Source: the human T2T-CHM13v2.0 reference genome, Homo sapiens
Length of the DNA: 64,000 nt
Assembly: GCF_009914755.1 (NCBI RefSeq)
Contig: NC_060931.1
Strand: one strand, 5' to 3'
Shown here in pieces: positions 1-15,474 of the stretch (positions are counted from its first letter, which is position 1; each line of letters starts with the position of its first letter). A program made the translations under genes and the position numbers. The notes under the pieces are model-generated. The model was not told the DNA's origin. It made no database searches and saw only the letters and a list, made by a program, of their open reading frames with translations.

Positions 1-660
<660 letters not shown>

Positions 661-2204
661 ATAAAATTAGCAAGAGGAAATGAGGCTTTCATTATACACC
701 TCAAGAGAAGGATCTTGAAGTCAGATGTGTTCATCTTTCAATCTCTATATGTAGAAGATATTTGATAAATGATGAATGAATGAGTGAATGGAGAGCTGTC
801 ATGAACTTATTTAGAGTTCATAACATATCCCTGGCAGCTGGTGGAATGATGAGAAGTTCTGCAAGAGAGAATGATTTAGGAAGCTTAGAAAAGATATGCA
901 ATTGTGTATCCCACTACAATGGAGCCCAAGATTTCTGCTCAGTTTAACCTATTACACAGTGTAAGGCCGGCAAAAATTGTTCATTTCCATAGAGCTGACT
1001 TTGCAGATTTAAAAAGTCCTGAATGGGAAATAAATATGCTGCTCTTAATAAATGTCTAGTTAAGGTATAGTTAATATAGTTAAATGTGAAAGTGTATAAA
1101 TGATATATTTTAATAGCACCCAGAGCACATTTCAGGACTGAGATAAATGCAAACTTTTAAAAAACTCTAACATCCTCTAAACACATTGCCTTATCCTAGT
1201 AAATGATAAATTACTAAAGAAAAATGTTATTCTGCAATGTTTTGAAGATTAAGTAGCATATGAGTAAAATTAACATTGTGTGTAAGTGAAGCTGTGACTA
1301 TATCATGTCAGGTTGGTAATAAAATTGCAAAGGAGAGAGAATTAGAGTTTTATGCCACAGAAATGGAAGTAGTTTTCATTTTAATTGTTTTTCTTTAAAT
1401 GGATTGTTTCTGTAGTATACTATATTCTTTCCAGTTCACAGATGTTCAGGAGGGATAAAAGAGTTATAAAATATTCTAATGTGAGCTTTTAAAATAGCTT
1501 TTTTGGAACAGGAAAAGAGCAGTCTAAAGAATTCAGAATTTTTAGAGTACAATAAAGCATTCATATTGCAAATTTAGTAATTTGTGTTTTGTGATATGGA
1601 AAAATAAATGGACTTTTAACATTGACTCCAGTGCTGGCCTGTTAGTCACATACATTCACTTTATGATTTTATTTTTAATGTCAGAGTTCTGACAGTTCAC
1701 TTTCTTCCTTGCCTCCTCTCTTGCTAGCAGTTCTTTATTCCTGGCCTTAGGAAAGTCCACCTTTTCTCTAGCATCTAAATCTGGCCCTGGACTTTGCCTG
1801 GGCTGACCTGGATGGATGAATTTGTTGTGCTAATATCAGAGGCTTCCAGCTGTGCCTCTGCCACTGGCCAGAGTTCCTTCCCCCTCCATCCTTCCAGCAG
1901 GCCCCACCCAGGTCCTCCTCAGAGGCCCTCCGATGGCACAGAGCCAGGGTGCTGTGCTCCTTATACTTGCTGCACTTAGTATTTCTTGTCTACTTCTCCC
2001 CATCTTCATATCTTTCCATGATTCTTTCTAAAACTACATTTATCCTTTGTGCTGTGTACAAAGGCTCCTGTTTATTTCAGGGCTCTGATCTTCTGTTACC
2101 ATCACAGATGCTTTTTCCCTGCTGCACACATGATCAGAGCCTAAGATGTATCCTGAGAAATGGGCACCATTGTGGAAACCAACATTGGGATCAAAATGCC
2201 ACTT

Positions 2205-2770
2205 TATTTATTTGTTTATTCAACAACAACAGCAACAGATATCTACTGAGTGCCTGTTATGCACGAGGTGCTGGGCTGGTTTTATAATGCTGAGCAAGAG
2301 AAACATGGGCTCAGCTCTTACGCAGCTTACCATCTGGTAAGCAAAATATACGTTGAAATGAATTCGCCAATGAATCTATTACTTTCCAGTATCATAAGCA
2401 CCGGGAGATAGATGTACAGGGTGATATATGTACATAAAGCAGGGGTATCTGACCAAATTTGGGGGTTAGGAAAAGTTTTCTTCAGGAAGTGACACTTAAA
2501 CTAGAGTCAGCTGGAGAAGAGCAGAGCTTCCTCTGCAGAAGCTCAGGAGTGAAGGCCTTGAGGCAGGGGAGAGAGTGGAGAATTTGAGAAACTGAGAGAA
2601 GGATCCTTGCCCTTCATTGATGAGGAGGCATTGAAGGATGAGGCTGAATGGGCAGGAGGAGATGTTATGGAGGGCTGGCACGTGAGGGGCAACAGAGGCT
2701 TGAATGGGAGCACGATGGCATCAGACCTGCACTCTGACAGAATGATTGCAGGGTGTAGGTGTGGATGGGG
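2205..2770 (-). mobile_element. L2 3' fragment
   Basis: TTATTCAACA...ATCTACTGAGTGCCTGTTATGCAC...GTGCTGGG is the reverse complement of the L2 3' terminus. Confidence 0.7.
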
Positions 2771-3564
2771 GACATCTGTTCCAATTCTCCCTCATATCCG
2801 AGGTAAGCTGGTACCCCAAGGCTCCCTGGGTTCACCCATCACTTCCTGTGGTCCTGCCACAGGGTCACACACAAGCGAGTGAGGGAACCAGAGGGCAAGG
2901 AGTGGTACACACCAGCCTGGAGAAGTAGATGTGAGAGATGCATGCTGCCTTGATTAGAAGACTTCTAGATTTTTCTTTGGGCATTTCTCTTATTTTTCAA
3001 TGTACAGTCAATGCGTGGTTTTTAACCTTGCTTCTGCCTGATCCTCTGATACCTCTTGGAGGTAGAAGAGGAAACACTAACGTAGCAAAGGCAAAGGGGA
3101 GTACTCTGTTGTTTTGTATAAGGGCTGTATCATCAACCAAAAAAATGAAGCTACACTTGAGGTAGGGGAAAGTATGTCATTTCGAATGGAAAATCCAGTC
3201 GTTAACTACATTTTAAAAATTATTAACAAGAAAAGGACCAATGATAGAATGAGACATTAAAGAAAAACACAGACATCAGAGTTTCTGTTTCCCACACTGC
3301 AAAGTTGAATTCCATCAGTCAAGCCAGAAGGTTAGGATGACCCTGCTCTTCTAGCCTCCTCTCTGTAATCCAATACAAACATATTCTTTGCGGAAAGCAA
3401 CACTGTTTGGTGATATTTTCTGTTATGTCAGCTATTTAGAGAATAAGTTATTCTACTCATCACTCCATGTATAGTTTTCCACCACAGGGCATTTTCCAAT
3501 TTTTTCCTTGTAATGCAACACTTGGTTTCATGGGCAAAAATGTTTTCTGAGTATAAGAACAACT

Positions 3565-3650
3565 TCCTTCTTCCCCTCCTCTCTCCACCCTCCTGTCCTT
3601 CTTTCCACCCTTTCTTCCTTCCTTTTTCCTTCCCTTTCCCTCCTCCCGTC
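3565..3650. repeat. CT-rich low-complexity tract
   Basis: About 85 bp of almost pure pyrimidine. Confidence 0.8.
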
Positions 3651-4884
3651 AATAAGTATTGGTTAAGACATTCAAAGCACTAACTTCAAAATCAAATTTG
3701 TGCGAAGTGGCGGTTTTGATCATCATCCCAGCATTGTCCTGAGATGACTCCCCGTTGATTGATGACCTAATTCTGCCTGGTCAAATCAGAGGAAGTCTTG
3801 GCCACATGGACTTTGTGGCCACAAATCCTGTCTAGCACATTGATTTTGATTCAGCTGGGTCTTCCCTATTTGGACACCTTCTTTGGAGATGTTTGAGGAA
3901 AGATGGAATGTTGGAGGAGGGGGTTGTCTTCTTTTCTCCAAAACAAAAAGGAGAGAGAAGGTGACAATACAGCTCTGCACAATAGAAAAGGAAAACCCAG
4001 GCCCCTGAGTGAGAGCCAAGGAGCACTGCAGAGACTGAAGCTTGTGCCCACAGGTAAACGACAGCAGCTCCCCTACATAGGAGCAGGGCCACTGCTATGG
4101 AGTCCAGCAGGGAGAGAAGGGGGCAGGCAGGAGAAGCAGGGGGAGATTTGCTTACCCGGCTCTCAACAGTGCTCGACTAGGGCAATGTGGCCTCCCTGAC
4201 CAGGTGGTGGAGGCACTGAGGACATCCCACATCTCCCTTTGGCACCATTCCTTTGCACACCTGGCCACCCATCATGCACTCAGCAAGCATCTGTTGAGTA
4301 CCTTGTATGGACATGACATTGAGATGCTCACATTGTGTCACTCCTCAAGGCACATAAAGTCTAGTGGGAGGCAAATAAATAGACCACAGAACACAATTTG
4401 TGGCAGAGCAAATGAAGAAGGTGCTTTAACAGAGGGACATTGGCAAATAAAGAAGGTGCTGTCACAGACGGACATTTTCAGGCACACAGGGAGAAGGGGA
4501 GAATTTATTATGGCTGGGTCTGAGATTTAAATACGAGAATATGATACTTAAAGTGACAAGGTCATGCAACATACGTGTGAGGTGTCTGATAAACCTTCAT
4601 GTCAAAGAAGCCTAGTGTATGAAAATTTAATCTCGGAAAAGTTAGGTGGGGCTGTTACTTTATAAATAGGTGCTTTACAACAAAAGATTCTTAAAATAGT
4701 AAGTATGTCTTATGTTAATATGACATAAAATATTAACAGAAGGAATAGACTTAAAGGGCTTTTGAAATGTTAATATAGCTATGAAAATATGGTTCAAGCT
4801 ACTAACATGTCATTGCACATTATTTTTCATAAATATTTCTGTTGCATAAGCTAAAACATACCTGTATTCGGGATCATAAGTGCA

Positions 4885-5220
4885 AACACCTCTAGGAATA
4901 GGACCCAGGCATCAGGAGTTTTTAAAGCTCCCAGGGTTGTTCTGCTGTGTGGCCAACACTGAGGACCACTGCTATGGAGTAGCGCCCCTCAAACTTGGAT
5001 GTGCAGAGGAAGCTCAGGGGGTCTCTTAAGTGGAGGTTCTGACTCAGTAGGTCTGAGGTGCGGTCTGAGAGTCTGCATGTCTAATGGGAACTCAGGTGGT
5101 GGTGATGTTGCCAACCCAAGACCACATGGTGGAAATGATGTTGGTTTTAAACCATGTGCACGGTGCATCCTGGGGAGCCTCTGATTGGACAGTGGGGCCT
5201 TGATTTTTCCAGGGCTTCTC
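4885..5220. mobile_element. Tandem MER5-family (hAT-Charlie) MITE relics
   Basis: TTTTTAAAGCTCCCAGG...GAGGACCACTG followed by TTCTGACTCAGTAGGTCTGAGGTG...GAGAGTCTGCATG, typical MER5A/B cores. Confidence 0.65.
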
Positions 5221-6301
5221 ATCCTGAAGTACAAATTGAATTACACAACAATAACAACTCAGATGCCACCAGCTCTCATTTGAGCCAGTTCTCACAGGTG
5301 TACCACACTCCTGTCCCCACTCATGGAAAGAGAGTGCTGTAAATATGTCCAATAGTCGTGTCATAGTTCTTAGGGGTATGTCACATGCATGTCCAGTTAA
5401 CTGCCCCATAATCATTTCTCTCTCTTGTCTTGATTAGCCTTGTTACCTTGTACTGTGACAGCAAACCCCAGCCCTACACCAGACCCACAACGATTCCAAT
5501 GGGGGACAGCCAGGAGACGACTCTAGCTAAAAGACACCATCCTGTCCTCAGAATCACTGGTCCCAAGCAGCTCTTATAGCTCAGGGTGTTAGGTTTCATC
5601 ATCCCTTATAATGAGTTCTCTCTGGAAGGTCTTCATGGCTCACAGTAAAAAAAATTCAGGGGGCCCACCCTACCAAGGCAACAGCCTTGTCTGAATCCCT
5701 GCTCATTTTCACATAGGAACCATAGCCATACCAAGTTTCGTTTTGTTGCTGGAAAGAAGAGGACAAGCCTAGTAGAAAAGGGAGTATGTGGAGACAGGAG
5801 GAAAAGAGTTCTCCGGGGAAATTCATGCCAAGGACCTCTGTAGCCACAGTCTCCACAGCAGTGGGAACACTGCCTGGGACTCTGATCAATGGGTTGTATC
5901 TATGCAGGGAGGGCTGGACTTGCTTGCAGTATGTTAGTACAGGGCCTTAGGACCTTCTCAGATGGCCTTCACAGATGGCGTATCTCATCCTACAATGGAC
6001 ATGATGTGACTGGGCAGAAACCTCAGTTAGGTGCAGAAACCTCATCAGTAAAGGTTTCTGTGGTTAAGGGAGCACCCCACCTCCGTCTGCTGAACCAATC
6101 TCTCTATAAACTCTTCTCATCATGTTTCCAGGTACTCTGTTTCCTCTCTCCATTTTTTCCATTCCCATCATGTGTGTGCAAGATGGACACATAGACGTGG
6201 CATGTGTCTACACCCTATGTTATTGTTAAACACACAATTATCTTTTTCTTTGCCAAAATGCATATTTTTGTTGTGTTATTTGAGGAGCTACTAACAGTTA
6301 A

Positions 6302-6698
<397 letters not shown>

Positions 6699-8689
6699 CT
6701 GCAGTATAAAATAGTAAATTCCAGGAAAATTTAAATGAGGCCAGAATTTCCAAACCATTCTGCTGCCATTTATAACAAATGGGCCTATCATATTATCTAT
6801 TTCACTCTTTTGTGTGTATTTCTATTGTTTCATAAATACAACTCTCTCGACTAAGTATTGCATGCTTTCGGAGTAGAATGGAGATGCCACGTTGTTCACA
6901 TCCTCAAAGGTTTTGTTTAAAGAGACAAACAGCTTAAGCAACACCCCAATTGGTAAGTTTAGCACAGTTTAGATGTAGAAAAGCAGAGATGTGCCTTACT
7001 GCAAATCACCGCCTCCACATTGCCAATATGTGAAAACCCAAACTTCCCAAACACACAAATTAAATTAATGCTGGATGTTTCATTTTACAAAGCTTTCATT
7101 AGATAGTGGGTTCCTAGAATGCATTCATGTGAAGGCAGCTCTTCAGAAGTCAATCTCCTGCACAGTATGAAGCAGGCCTTCCTCTCATTCTGCATGAAAC
7201 ATTCCAACTATTTTTAAATCATGAGGTCTAGATTTAACAGCTTTACAAGGAAAAAATTATCTAGGTTTTTACATGTGTAATGAGAGGATACAGTAAGGCC
7301 AAAAACCATCTTGAGCCAAGAAAATTTAGTCTTGGAGCAAACAGTGTTTAAGGATTTCCGATGTTACAGCAGCCCCTGGCAGAGCTGCAAAGAAAAGCCA
7401 AGAGATCTCCGTTCAAGTTACAGCCTGGGGCCAGCTTGAGCACGTGGGTGCCACTACTGCTGGGGCTTCTGATAGATCAATGAGGGAGTCACTGGCTGAA
7501 GAACACAATCATGTCCACTGTATGGGCAGAGATCACTAGGCATTGGTTCACTGTTCACTAGTTTTTTTCCCTACACCTGGTGGGTGCATGGAACTAGACT
7601 TAACCAGGTTATTAACAAAGTATTTCTGGACTGGAGAGATCTTAGAAAACCATGTACATCAACTCCCTCATTTATTATGCATGAGAAGGCAAATAACTTG
7701 CCCAGGACCATAACACAAGTAAAGGTTAGAGTTGAGACTGTAGTGCTCTTGGCTTCTAGTGCAAGACTCTTTCTGTACCTGCTACCATAACTCTTCATCT
7801 CCCACCTCCAAAATGGGGCAACTCCCTGGGGTTAACCTGCCAGTTAACCTGTTCATCACTAAAAAATGACCATGGTGAAACCCTGGGCACAAAGCTTCTC
7901 TAGCCACAGTGTGGGCCCAGCAGCAGGTTCATGTAACAACCCTGGGCTTTTACAGACTCACCTGCTCCCGAGCCTGGCTCCCTTTTATTCCGCAGCCTCA
8001 CTCCTAACAGGCGTCTCAGCCGTCTCTGATTCTCTCCTTGTGGAAACCTTAGGACCTAATACCTTCAGCTCCTGCATGCCCAGCCATGGCAGGGCATTAA
8101 TGCTGGCTTTATTTCCTCCAGAAATGAGCAATAGCTCTTCAAGCATTTTCTACAGGCTCCACATGGCTCCAAGTCACAGCCCATGGCCACAAGCACTGCC
8201 AGCTCCCTCAACAAAATTGGGAAGTTTGTGGACCCCATGAGAGGCCTTATTTATTACCTCTCCCAGAGAAAGCAGACTGGGGCAATAATCGTCAAAGTAA
8301 TATTTACCCCTTAATAACTGCCTATTTTTATACTGGTGTTAGAGGTTAATAGCAGTGTTATTTACTCCTCTGCCAAAAAGAACTGAAGGATGTGAAATGT
8401 AGCAGTCAATAAAGCTCAACAGTCAGATAAATAACATTCATATTATTTCCTGACAAATCCTTCTGCAACCCAGGGATATAAATAACCCTAAGAAAGCACT
8501 TCCTGCATTACAAGTTTACTGATGTGTAAAATGTAATTTAAAAGAGAGCCTCGAACCCTAGAAGCACTGGACTCTGTAACTGTGTACACCAACAGACAGC
8601 CCCACGATTGTGCACACGCACATGTGTGGAGGCCATCCTCGAATGCACATTCATTCCCAGACACACTTATTATCGCTAGTCCGTGAGTG

Positions 8690-10403
8690 TGGTCATTCCT
8701 CTCATTTCCTCTTGACTTCCGGGACGTGCACTTCTGCTTTTCCTCCTACCTCTTTGATGACCTTTCTTAGTTTTCTCCTCTCATGCTCTAAAGAGGACCT
8801 CATCCCAGTCCCAGGCATTCTGTTCTGGTGCTTTCCTCAGTGGTCCCGCCTGTCTTCGCAGCTGAATCACAAATATGTATCCCCACCCACCATCTCCCTG
8901 AGCTCTAACTCCCTGACATTCCAACTGGCATGTATAAGAGGCACCTCAGTCATGGTCTGGCCACGATGTGGCTCTAAATCCCACCCTTGGCCTGCTCCCC
9001 AGTCCCTCAGCCCCTGTGGTCTTCCCCAAACCAGCAAATGGAATTACCTTTCATGCAGCTATTTCATGAAAATGCCTAGCATTTTTTTTTTTTTAAGTTC
9101 TAGGGTACATGTGCACAACATGCAGGTTTGTTACATATGTATATATCTGCCATGTTGGTGTGCTGCACCCATTAACTCGTCATTTACATTAGGTATATCT
9201 CCCAATGGGATCCCTCCCCCCTCCCCCCACCTCACAACAGGCCCCAGTGTGTGATGCTCCCTACCCTGTGTCCAAGTGTTCTCATTGTTCAATTCCCACC
9301 TATGAGTGAGAACATGCAGTGTTTGGTTTTCTGTCCTTGAGACAGTTTGCCCAGAATGATGGTTTCCAGCTTCATCCATGTCCCTACAAAGGACATGAAC
9401 TCATCCTTTTTTATGGCTGCATAGTATTCCATGGTGTATATGTGCCACATTTTCTTAATCCAGTCTATCATTGTTGGACATTTGGGTTGGTTCCAAGTTT
9501 TTGCTATTGTGAATAGTGCCGCAATAAATATATGTGTGCATGTGTCTTTATAGCAGCATGATGTATAATCCTTTGGGTATATACCCAATAATGGGATGGC
9601 TGGGTCAAATGGTATTTCTAGTTCTAGATCCTTGAGGGATCACCACACTGTCTTCCACAATGGTTGAACTAGTTTATAGTCCCACCAACAGTATAAAAGT
9701 GTTTCTATTTCTCCACATCCTCTCCAGCACCTGTTGTTTCCTGACTTTTTAATGATCGCCATTCTAACTGGGCCTAGCACCTTTTTAATCCCCTCTGATA
9801 TTCCCCTGCTCCCACTTGGTATTAAAGCCACCAGCAAGTCCTGCAAGCCTCTATCCCTGTTCTTTCTGTCTCTGCCCCATCCCGCAGTCCAAGGTCTCCA
9901 TCTTTCTGATTGCTTTCCCAGCTGCTACTCCAGCCCCTCATTCATTCCCCTCCCAGAAGAGTGAGCTTTTAAAATATGAATCCAAGGTCTTTCCTTGGCC
10001 TACCGGCCCTATGTGACCTGGCCCTGTTCCTCTCCAGCCCCTCTCCCTCTCTCATAGCCCTCCAGCCACAATGGCCACCTCTTAGTTCCTCAAACAGATC
10101 AAGCAGGCTCCTTCTACCCAGAATGCTATGGATCCAGTGTTCCCATGCTGGCTTCCTCCTGTCACTCTGTGAGGGGTCCTTCCAACCATACAGTCTAAAT
10201 ACACGCTACTCCCTTTATGACACCATTACTATTTTCTTCATAGCACCCATCATTTCTTGAAATTATGTTGTTCCTAGGTGTGCTTGTGTGTTCATTATTG
10301 ATCTCTACCAGACTTCGACCTCCAGAAGAGCAGGGTCTTGGGCTGTCATCTTCATCAGTGTACATCCAGTGCCTGGGGAGCCATCAGGCACACAGCAGGC
10401 ATC
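8690..10403 (+). mobile_element. L2 (3' ~1 kb) interrupted by L1PA
   Basis: Pyrimidine-rich L2 body ending in ...CAGGGTCTTGG...TCTTCATCAGTGTACATCCAGTGCCTGG...CACAGCAGGCATC. Confidence 0.7.
9082..9771 (-). mobile_element. 5'-truncated L1PA (PA4-like), ~690 bp
   Basis: Poly(T), L1PA 3'UTR and ORF2 C-terminus (ORF 9289-9588: ...WNQPKCPTMIDWIKKMWHIYTMEYYAAIKKDEF...FSLIGGN); TSD GCCTAGCA at 9074-9081 and 9772-9779. Confidence 0.95.
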
Positions 10404-11106
<703 letters not shown>

Positions 11107-11139
11107 GCGTCTAATACAGGGTAATAGTGATGATGATGA

Positions 11140-11370
11140 AAACTACCATTATTGTGATTTTATTATGTGCTAGACATTGTTTCGAGTACTTTTCCTGTAT
11201 TATCTTAATCTTCACAAACACCCTGTAAGAATGTCATTATTATCAGTTCCATTTTCCAGGTGAGAAAACTGAGGCACAAAGAAATTGGGTGACCTGCCTG
11301 AAGTCACAGATTATATGTGGTAGAGCCTGTTTGATTCTAGCATCTGTGGTCTTTACCACCACGCTTTCCA
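11140..11370 (-). mobile_element. MIR
   Basis: CCATTTTCCAGGTGAGAAAACTGAGGCACAAAGA core. Confidence 0.8.
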
Positions 11371-11696
11371 GCCCCCTGGTATTTACAAACCTCTGTTGAA
11401 TGAATGGACGCAGGGGAAGTGACCCGGAATTCATCAGGTTCACATGCACAGCAGCTAAGGCAGGCACATGGCCATGCTGCACACATTGTTTCCATGTAAC
11501 TAAATTTATCCATCTTTTTCTTTATGGCTTCCATGATGGCTCCTTGCCTTGCTTAGAAAGGTCTTTCCTTCTCCAACATTTACAAATTTGGGAATCGGTT
11601 TTTCTCCCTCATTTTGAGACATGAATTGCTACTTAAATTGATCATGAGAGTCACTCTTTTTCAGGGTGACTTAAACAAGGTTTTTCTTTTGTTCAT

Positions 11697-11973
11697 TCTT
11701 TTTTTTTTTTTTGGAGACAGGGTCTCACTCTGCTGCCCAAGCTGCAGTACTGTGGCCATGATAGCTCACTGCAGCCTCCTGCCTCAGCCTCTTAAGTAGC
11801 TAGGACTACAGGTTTGTGCCACAACACCCAACTAAGTTAAAAATATACACTTTTTTTAGAGATAGGGTCTTGCTATGTTGCCCAGGCTGGCCTCAAACTC
11901 CTGGTCTCAAGTGGTCCTCCCATCTCAGCCTCCAAAGTGCTGGGATTACAGGCATGAGACATCGTGCCCAGCC
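11697..11973 (-). mobile_element. AluJ with short internal deletion
   Basis: J-type features; near-perfect TSD CAAGGTTTTTCTT/CAATGTTTTTCTT. Confidence 0.9.
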
Positions 11974-13369
11974 TCCAATGTTTTTCTTAATCCACAAAAC
12001 TGGAACTTTTGGCCTTGAATATAACGGTGATGGAGAGTTGAAAATGTGTTGTTTCCAAACCTTCACCAGGACTTCTCCCCCAAAAATCTCTTCTCACGTC
12101 ATGTTGAACAGTTCGTTGGTAAGTGATGTGACACATTTTTCTAAGCCAGAAATCTCTGAACTTTTTCCTGATGTCAGCTACTTTTGACTTCTCTGAAGTC
12201 CTCAGACAAAGCAGGGAGGCAAGTGTGGGTGGTGGGGTGGGAGGGAAGGTGGCTGTGGCTGTAGGCATGTGACTATTCTTCTCTCCACTTTGGAATCCCT
12301 AAAAATCATGGCAGACAGAATGGGAGGACAGGCCTTGCAGTGATCAGGGAAAAAGGGGAGTGAAAATGCAAGATGCTGCAAGAAAATGATGTGACCAAGC
12401 TGACTTGGAGATTGACCCAGTAAAACTTTGAACTTTATTAGTTGTAAATATCTTAGTCTGTAAAAAAAACAAATACTGCTGAAATATTCTTAGTGTGGCA
12501 TGTCCCATTCTGGAAATTTCAGGTAGTTGCAGTCTGGCATCATGTGGCACATCATCACTGTCTCTTCTGCAAATTTCTGAGAATAAGAAGAATTGGTTGA
12601 AAAAACTTCTAACATCTCCATCGGTTTGTAATCAGCGAATACAGTAAGTGCAGGGAGTTGATGACTGCTTGCAGAGTACATTATTTTATGTATCTTGTGG
12701 GAGAGGTTGAGAAGGTTCTGTTTAAAAAGGTTACCCTAATAAATGATTTACCAGGGCAGCCAGAGATCAAAGAAATTGCTCAGAAATTGCATCTCAGGGC
12801 ACCTAAAATTCAGAGTTTATGGAAGCCCTCAGAACCCCAAACCTTTTATGACTTTTATATTAGCTAACCACTAAATTTTCAAAGCAGTGTGACTGCCATG
12901 GGTTTTAATAAGAGCTGCATGGCCCAATCCCTCCTCTGTTAATAAATGGAACGACGATGCCGTGAGAGACAGTTTGAAAATATGGCACATGTCATGGAAG
13001 ATCTAATACGGAGCAAGGCTCAGGCTGGATGGTGGAAATTTTAAATTCTGATGAGAAAAAAATTGACCCAAAACAAATCCCACATACTTTGAAACAAAAC
13101 GATAGGAATTCTGCCTTGGACGTAGTGCCTTAGCTGGAGTCTGCACATCAGAGAACTGTGAGAGGCTGAAGAGCTCCAGAGATTAGAAACCCAGTTTAGT
13201 GCTCTCAGAGCAAGCTGGGCACTGACTTACTCCTCATCACCGTTGTCAATGATGAAAGTTACCCAGCACCCCTAGGACTTTAGAGAGTTTCCCTAGAACT
13301 AGCTGGTGTTCCTCTTCCCAAACAAGCCATGGTCCAATCTCAAAATGGAGAACCAAAAATAGGAAGGAT

Positions 13370-13505
13370 AGGTCCTCAAAGTGTGTTCCAGGGACCCTTT
13401 GAGGGTTGGTCCCAGAGACCCTTTTAGGTGGTGTGTAAGGTCAAAACTATTTTTTAATAATTCCAAGACACTATTTGCCTTTTCCATTCTCATTCTCACA
13501 TGAGC
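13370..13505 (+). mobile_element. Charlie1-family hAT left end
   Basis: CTCAAAGTGTGTTCCAGGGACCC...AGGTCAAAACTATTTTTTAATAAT...ATTTGCCTTTTCCATTCTCATTCTC. Confidence 0.7.
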
Positions 13506-13519
13506 AGCCCGCAGCAAGA

Positions 13520-13638
13520 CTGACAGAAGGATCACCCAACTGAATGCTGCTCAGATTGCAGAATTATGAGCACATAAAATGGTGGTTGTTTCCAGCCACT
13601 GAGTTTGGGGTGCCTTTTTTGCAGCCATAGATCATTAT
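13520..13638 (+). mobile_element. MLT1 (H/J-like) LTR 3' fragment
   Basis: TTGCAGAATTATGAGCACATAAAATGGTGGTTGTTTCCAGCCACTGAGTTTGGGG...GCAGCCATAGAT. Confidence 0.7.
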
Positions 13639-13689
13639 CATTGGAAGAGTCATGCCAGGGATGCATGTTGAGGCTGGTAGTATTGGTGA

Positions 13690-14000
<311 letters not shown>

Positions 14001-14269
14001 GGTATTGGTGATCTTGATGGGGGAACCTTCTAATTTTTTTTCAGCCATTTGAGGACTGAGTCTGGGTGTCACCAAGGAGAACGTTTAATAAAGGATCACT
14101 CATAGAAATGGAGATCAGAATTACTGATTTCTTGGCATATTGATGGCTTGAATCAGAAAATGAGGGTATTCGCACAGCCATGGTTTCCCCTCACAGACAG
14201 AACTAAAAGTGGTTACTGACAGTTGAAGGAGATTTCTGCCGATGAATAACTTTGAGGAAATTCGTCGAA

Positions 14270-14316
14270 ATGATGATGACGATGGTGGTGATGATGCTGA
14301 TGATGGTGATAATGAT
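14270..14316. repeat. Imperfect (GAT/GGT)n trinucleotide repeat
   Basis: TGATGATGACGATGGTGGTGATGATGCTGATGATGGTGATAATGAT. Confidence 0.85.
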
Positions 14317-14399
14317 TGTGTGGTGCAAATGGAACTTGGCCCGGGACTCCAGAGTACTAAACCAAGAGAAATGCATGTTGGAGAGAACATGTTGTCATG

Positions 14400-14610
14400 G
14401 AGAGAGTATAGGCACTGGCGTCAGAAGACCTGGTCCACATCCTGGCTTCATAATCTTGGACAGGTCATCCCTGCCACCTTAAGTCCAGTTTCCTCACTGC
14501 TAAATGCAGACAGTGTACTTCCTGCTTCTCCTTTCACAGAGTTTTCATGAGGGTCAAGCGAGAGAATGTGGAAGTGCTCTAGAAAGTGCCATGCAGAGGG
14601 GAAGAATATT
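14400..14610 (+). mobile_element. MIR
   Basis: CTTGGACAGGTCA...CCAGTTTCCTCACTGCTAAATG. Confidence 0.65.
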
Positions 14611-14960
14611 AAGATATGATACGTGAGCTTGCTGCTGGAAGGAATCTTCCTGATATTAAGCAGTTATGAAAAAAAGTAGCAGGTGATAAAAGACCTTTTT
14701 GCAAGAAGTTTTTGAAAAAAAATTTTTTTTTGAGAGTTACTGGACTTGGTGCCTCCTACAGCTGATGTCCAGGGAAAGGTGATGTGGCGCCACAAGTAAG
14801 TGCAAGCTCTGTGTTCCTGATGTCTGGAAGGTGTAGCATTTTCTGTTCTGTTTACCATCATCATGTATAAACTAGTCACGTCCTAGTTGTTCAACACAGT
14901 CCCAAAAATTGGGGATGGGGATTGAAGCACAAAAAGCAGGTCCTTCCTTTCTAGCCTGCT

Positions 14961-15474
14961 CATGGTATGCAGAATAATCCCCATCTCCTTCCCAAAGACG
15001 GCCACGTTTGAATCCCAGAACCTGTGGATGTGTTAGGCTGTGTGGCAAAGAGGAATTAAGGTTGCAGATAGGATTATGGTTGTTATTAGCTGACCTTGAA
15101 GTGGGAGAGTGTCCTGGGTTATCCACATGCATCCAACGTAAGCACAAAGGTCCTTAAAAGCAGAAGAGGGAGGCAGTGGAGGAGAAGCAGAGGGAAGGCC
15201 GGTAAGAAGGACTCGGCTGGATGTTGCAGACATTGAAGACGGAGGAAGGGGCCAGGAGTCCAGGGATGTGAGCAGCCTCTAGGAGCTGGATGAGGAAAGG
15301 AAAGGCATTCTCTCCTAGAGTCTCCGGAAGGAACAAATCCTGCCAACACCTCGATTTTAGCCCCATTAGACCTATTTTGTCCTTCCAACCTCCAGAACTG
15401 TAAGAATAAGTTTGCATTGTTTAAGCCAACAATTTCCTGGTAATTTATTACATCAGCAATCGAAAACTAATATA
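14961..15474 (+). mobile_element. MLT1D-like solo LTR
   Basis: GCAGAATAAT...CCCAAAGA...GAACCTGTG...AAGGTTGCAGAT...CCTCCAGAACTGTAAGAATAAGTTTG...AAAACTAATATA. Confidence 0.85.

Noticed and set aside
8610-9254. Longest ORF in the window (214 aa)
   Set aside because: Non-ATG start; runs through L2 and antisense L1 3'UTR; no domain similarity
14242-14550. ORF with acidic poly-Asp stretch
   Set aside because: Produced by a (GAT)n microsatellite followed by MIR
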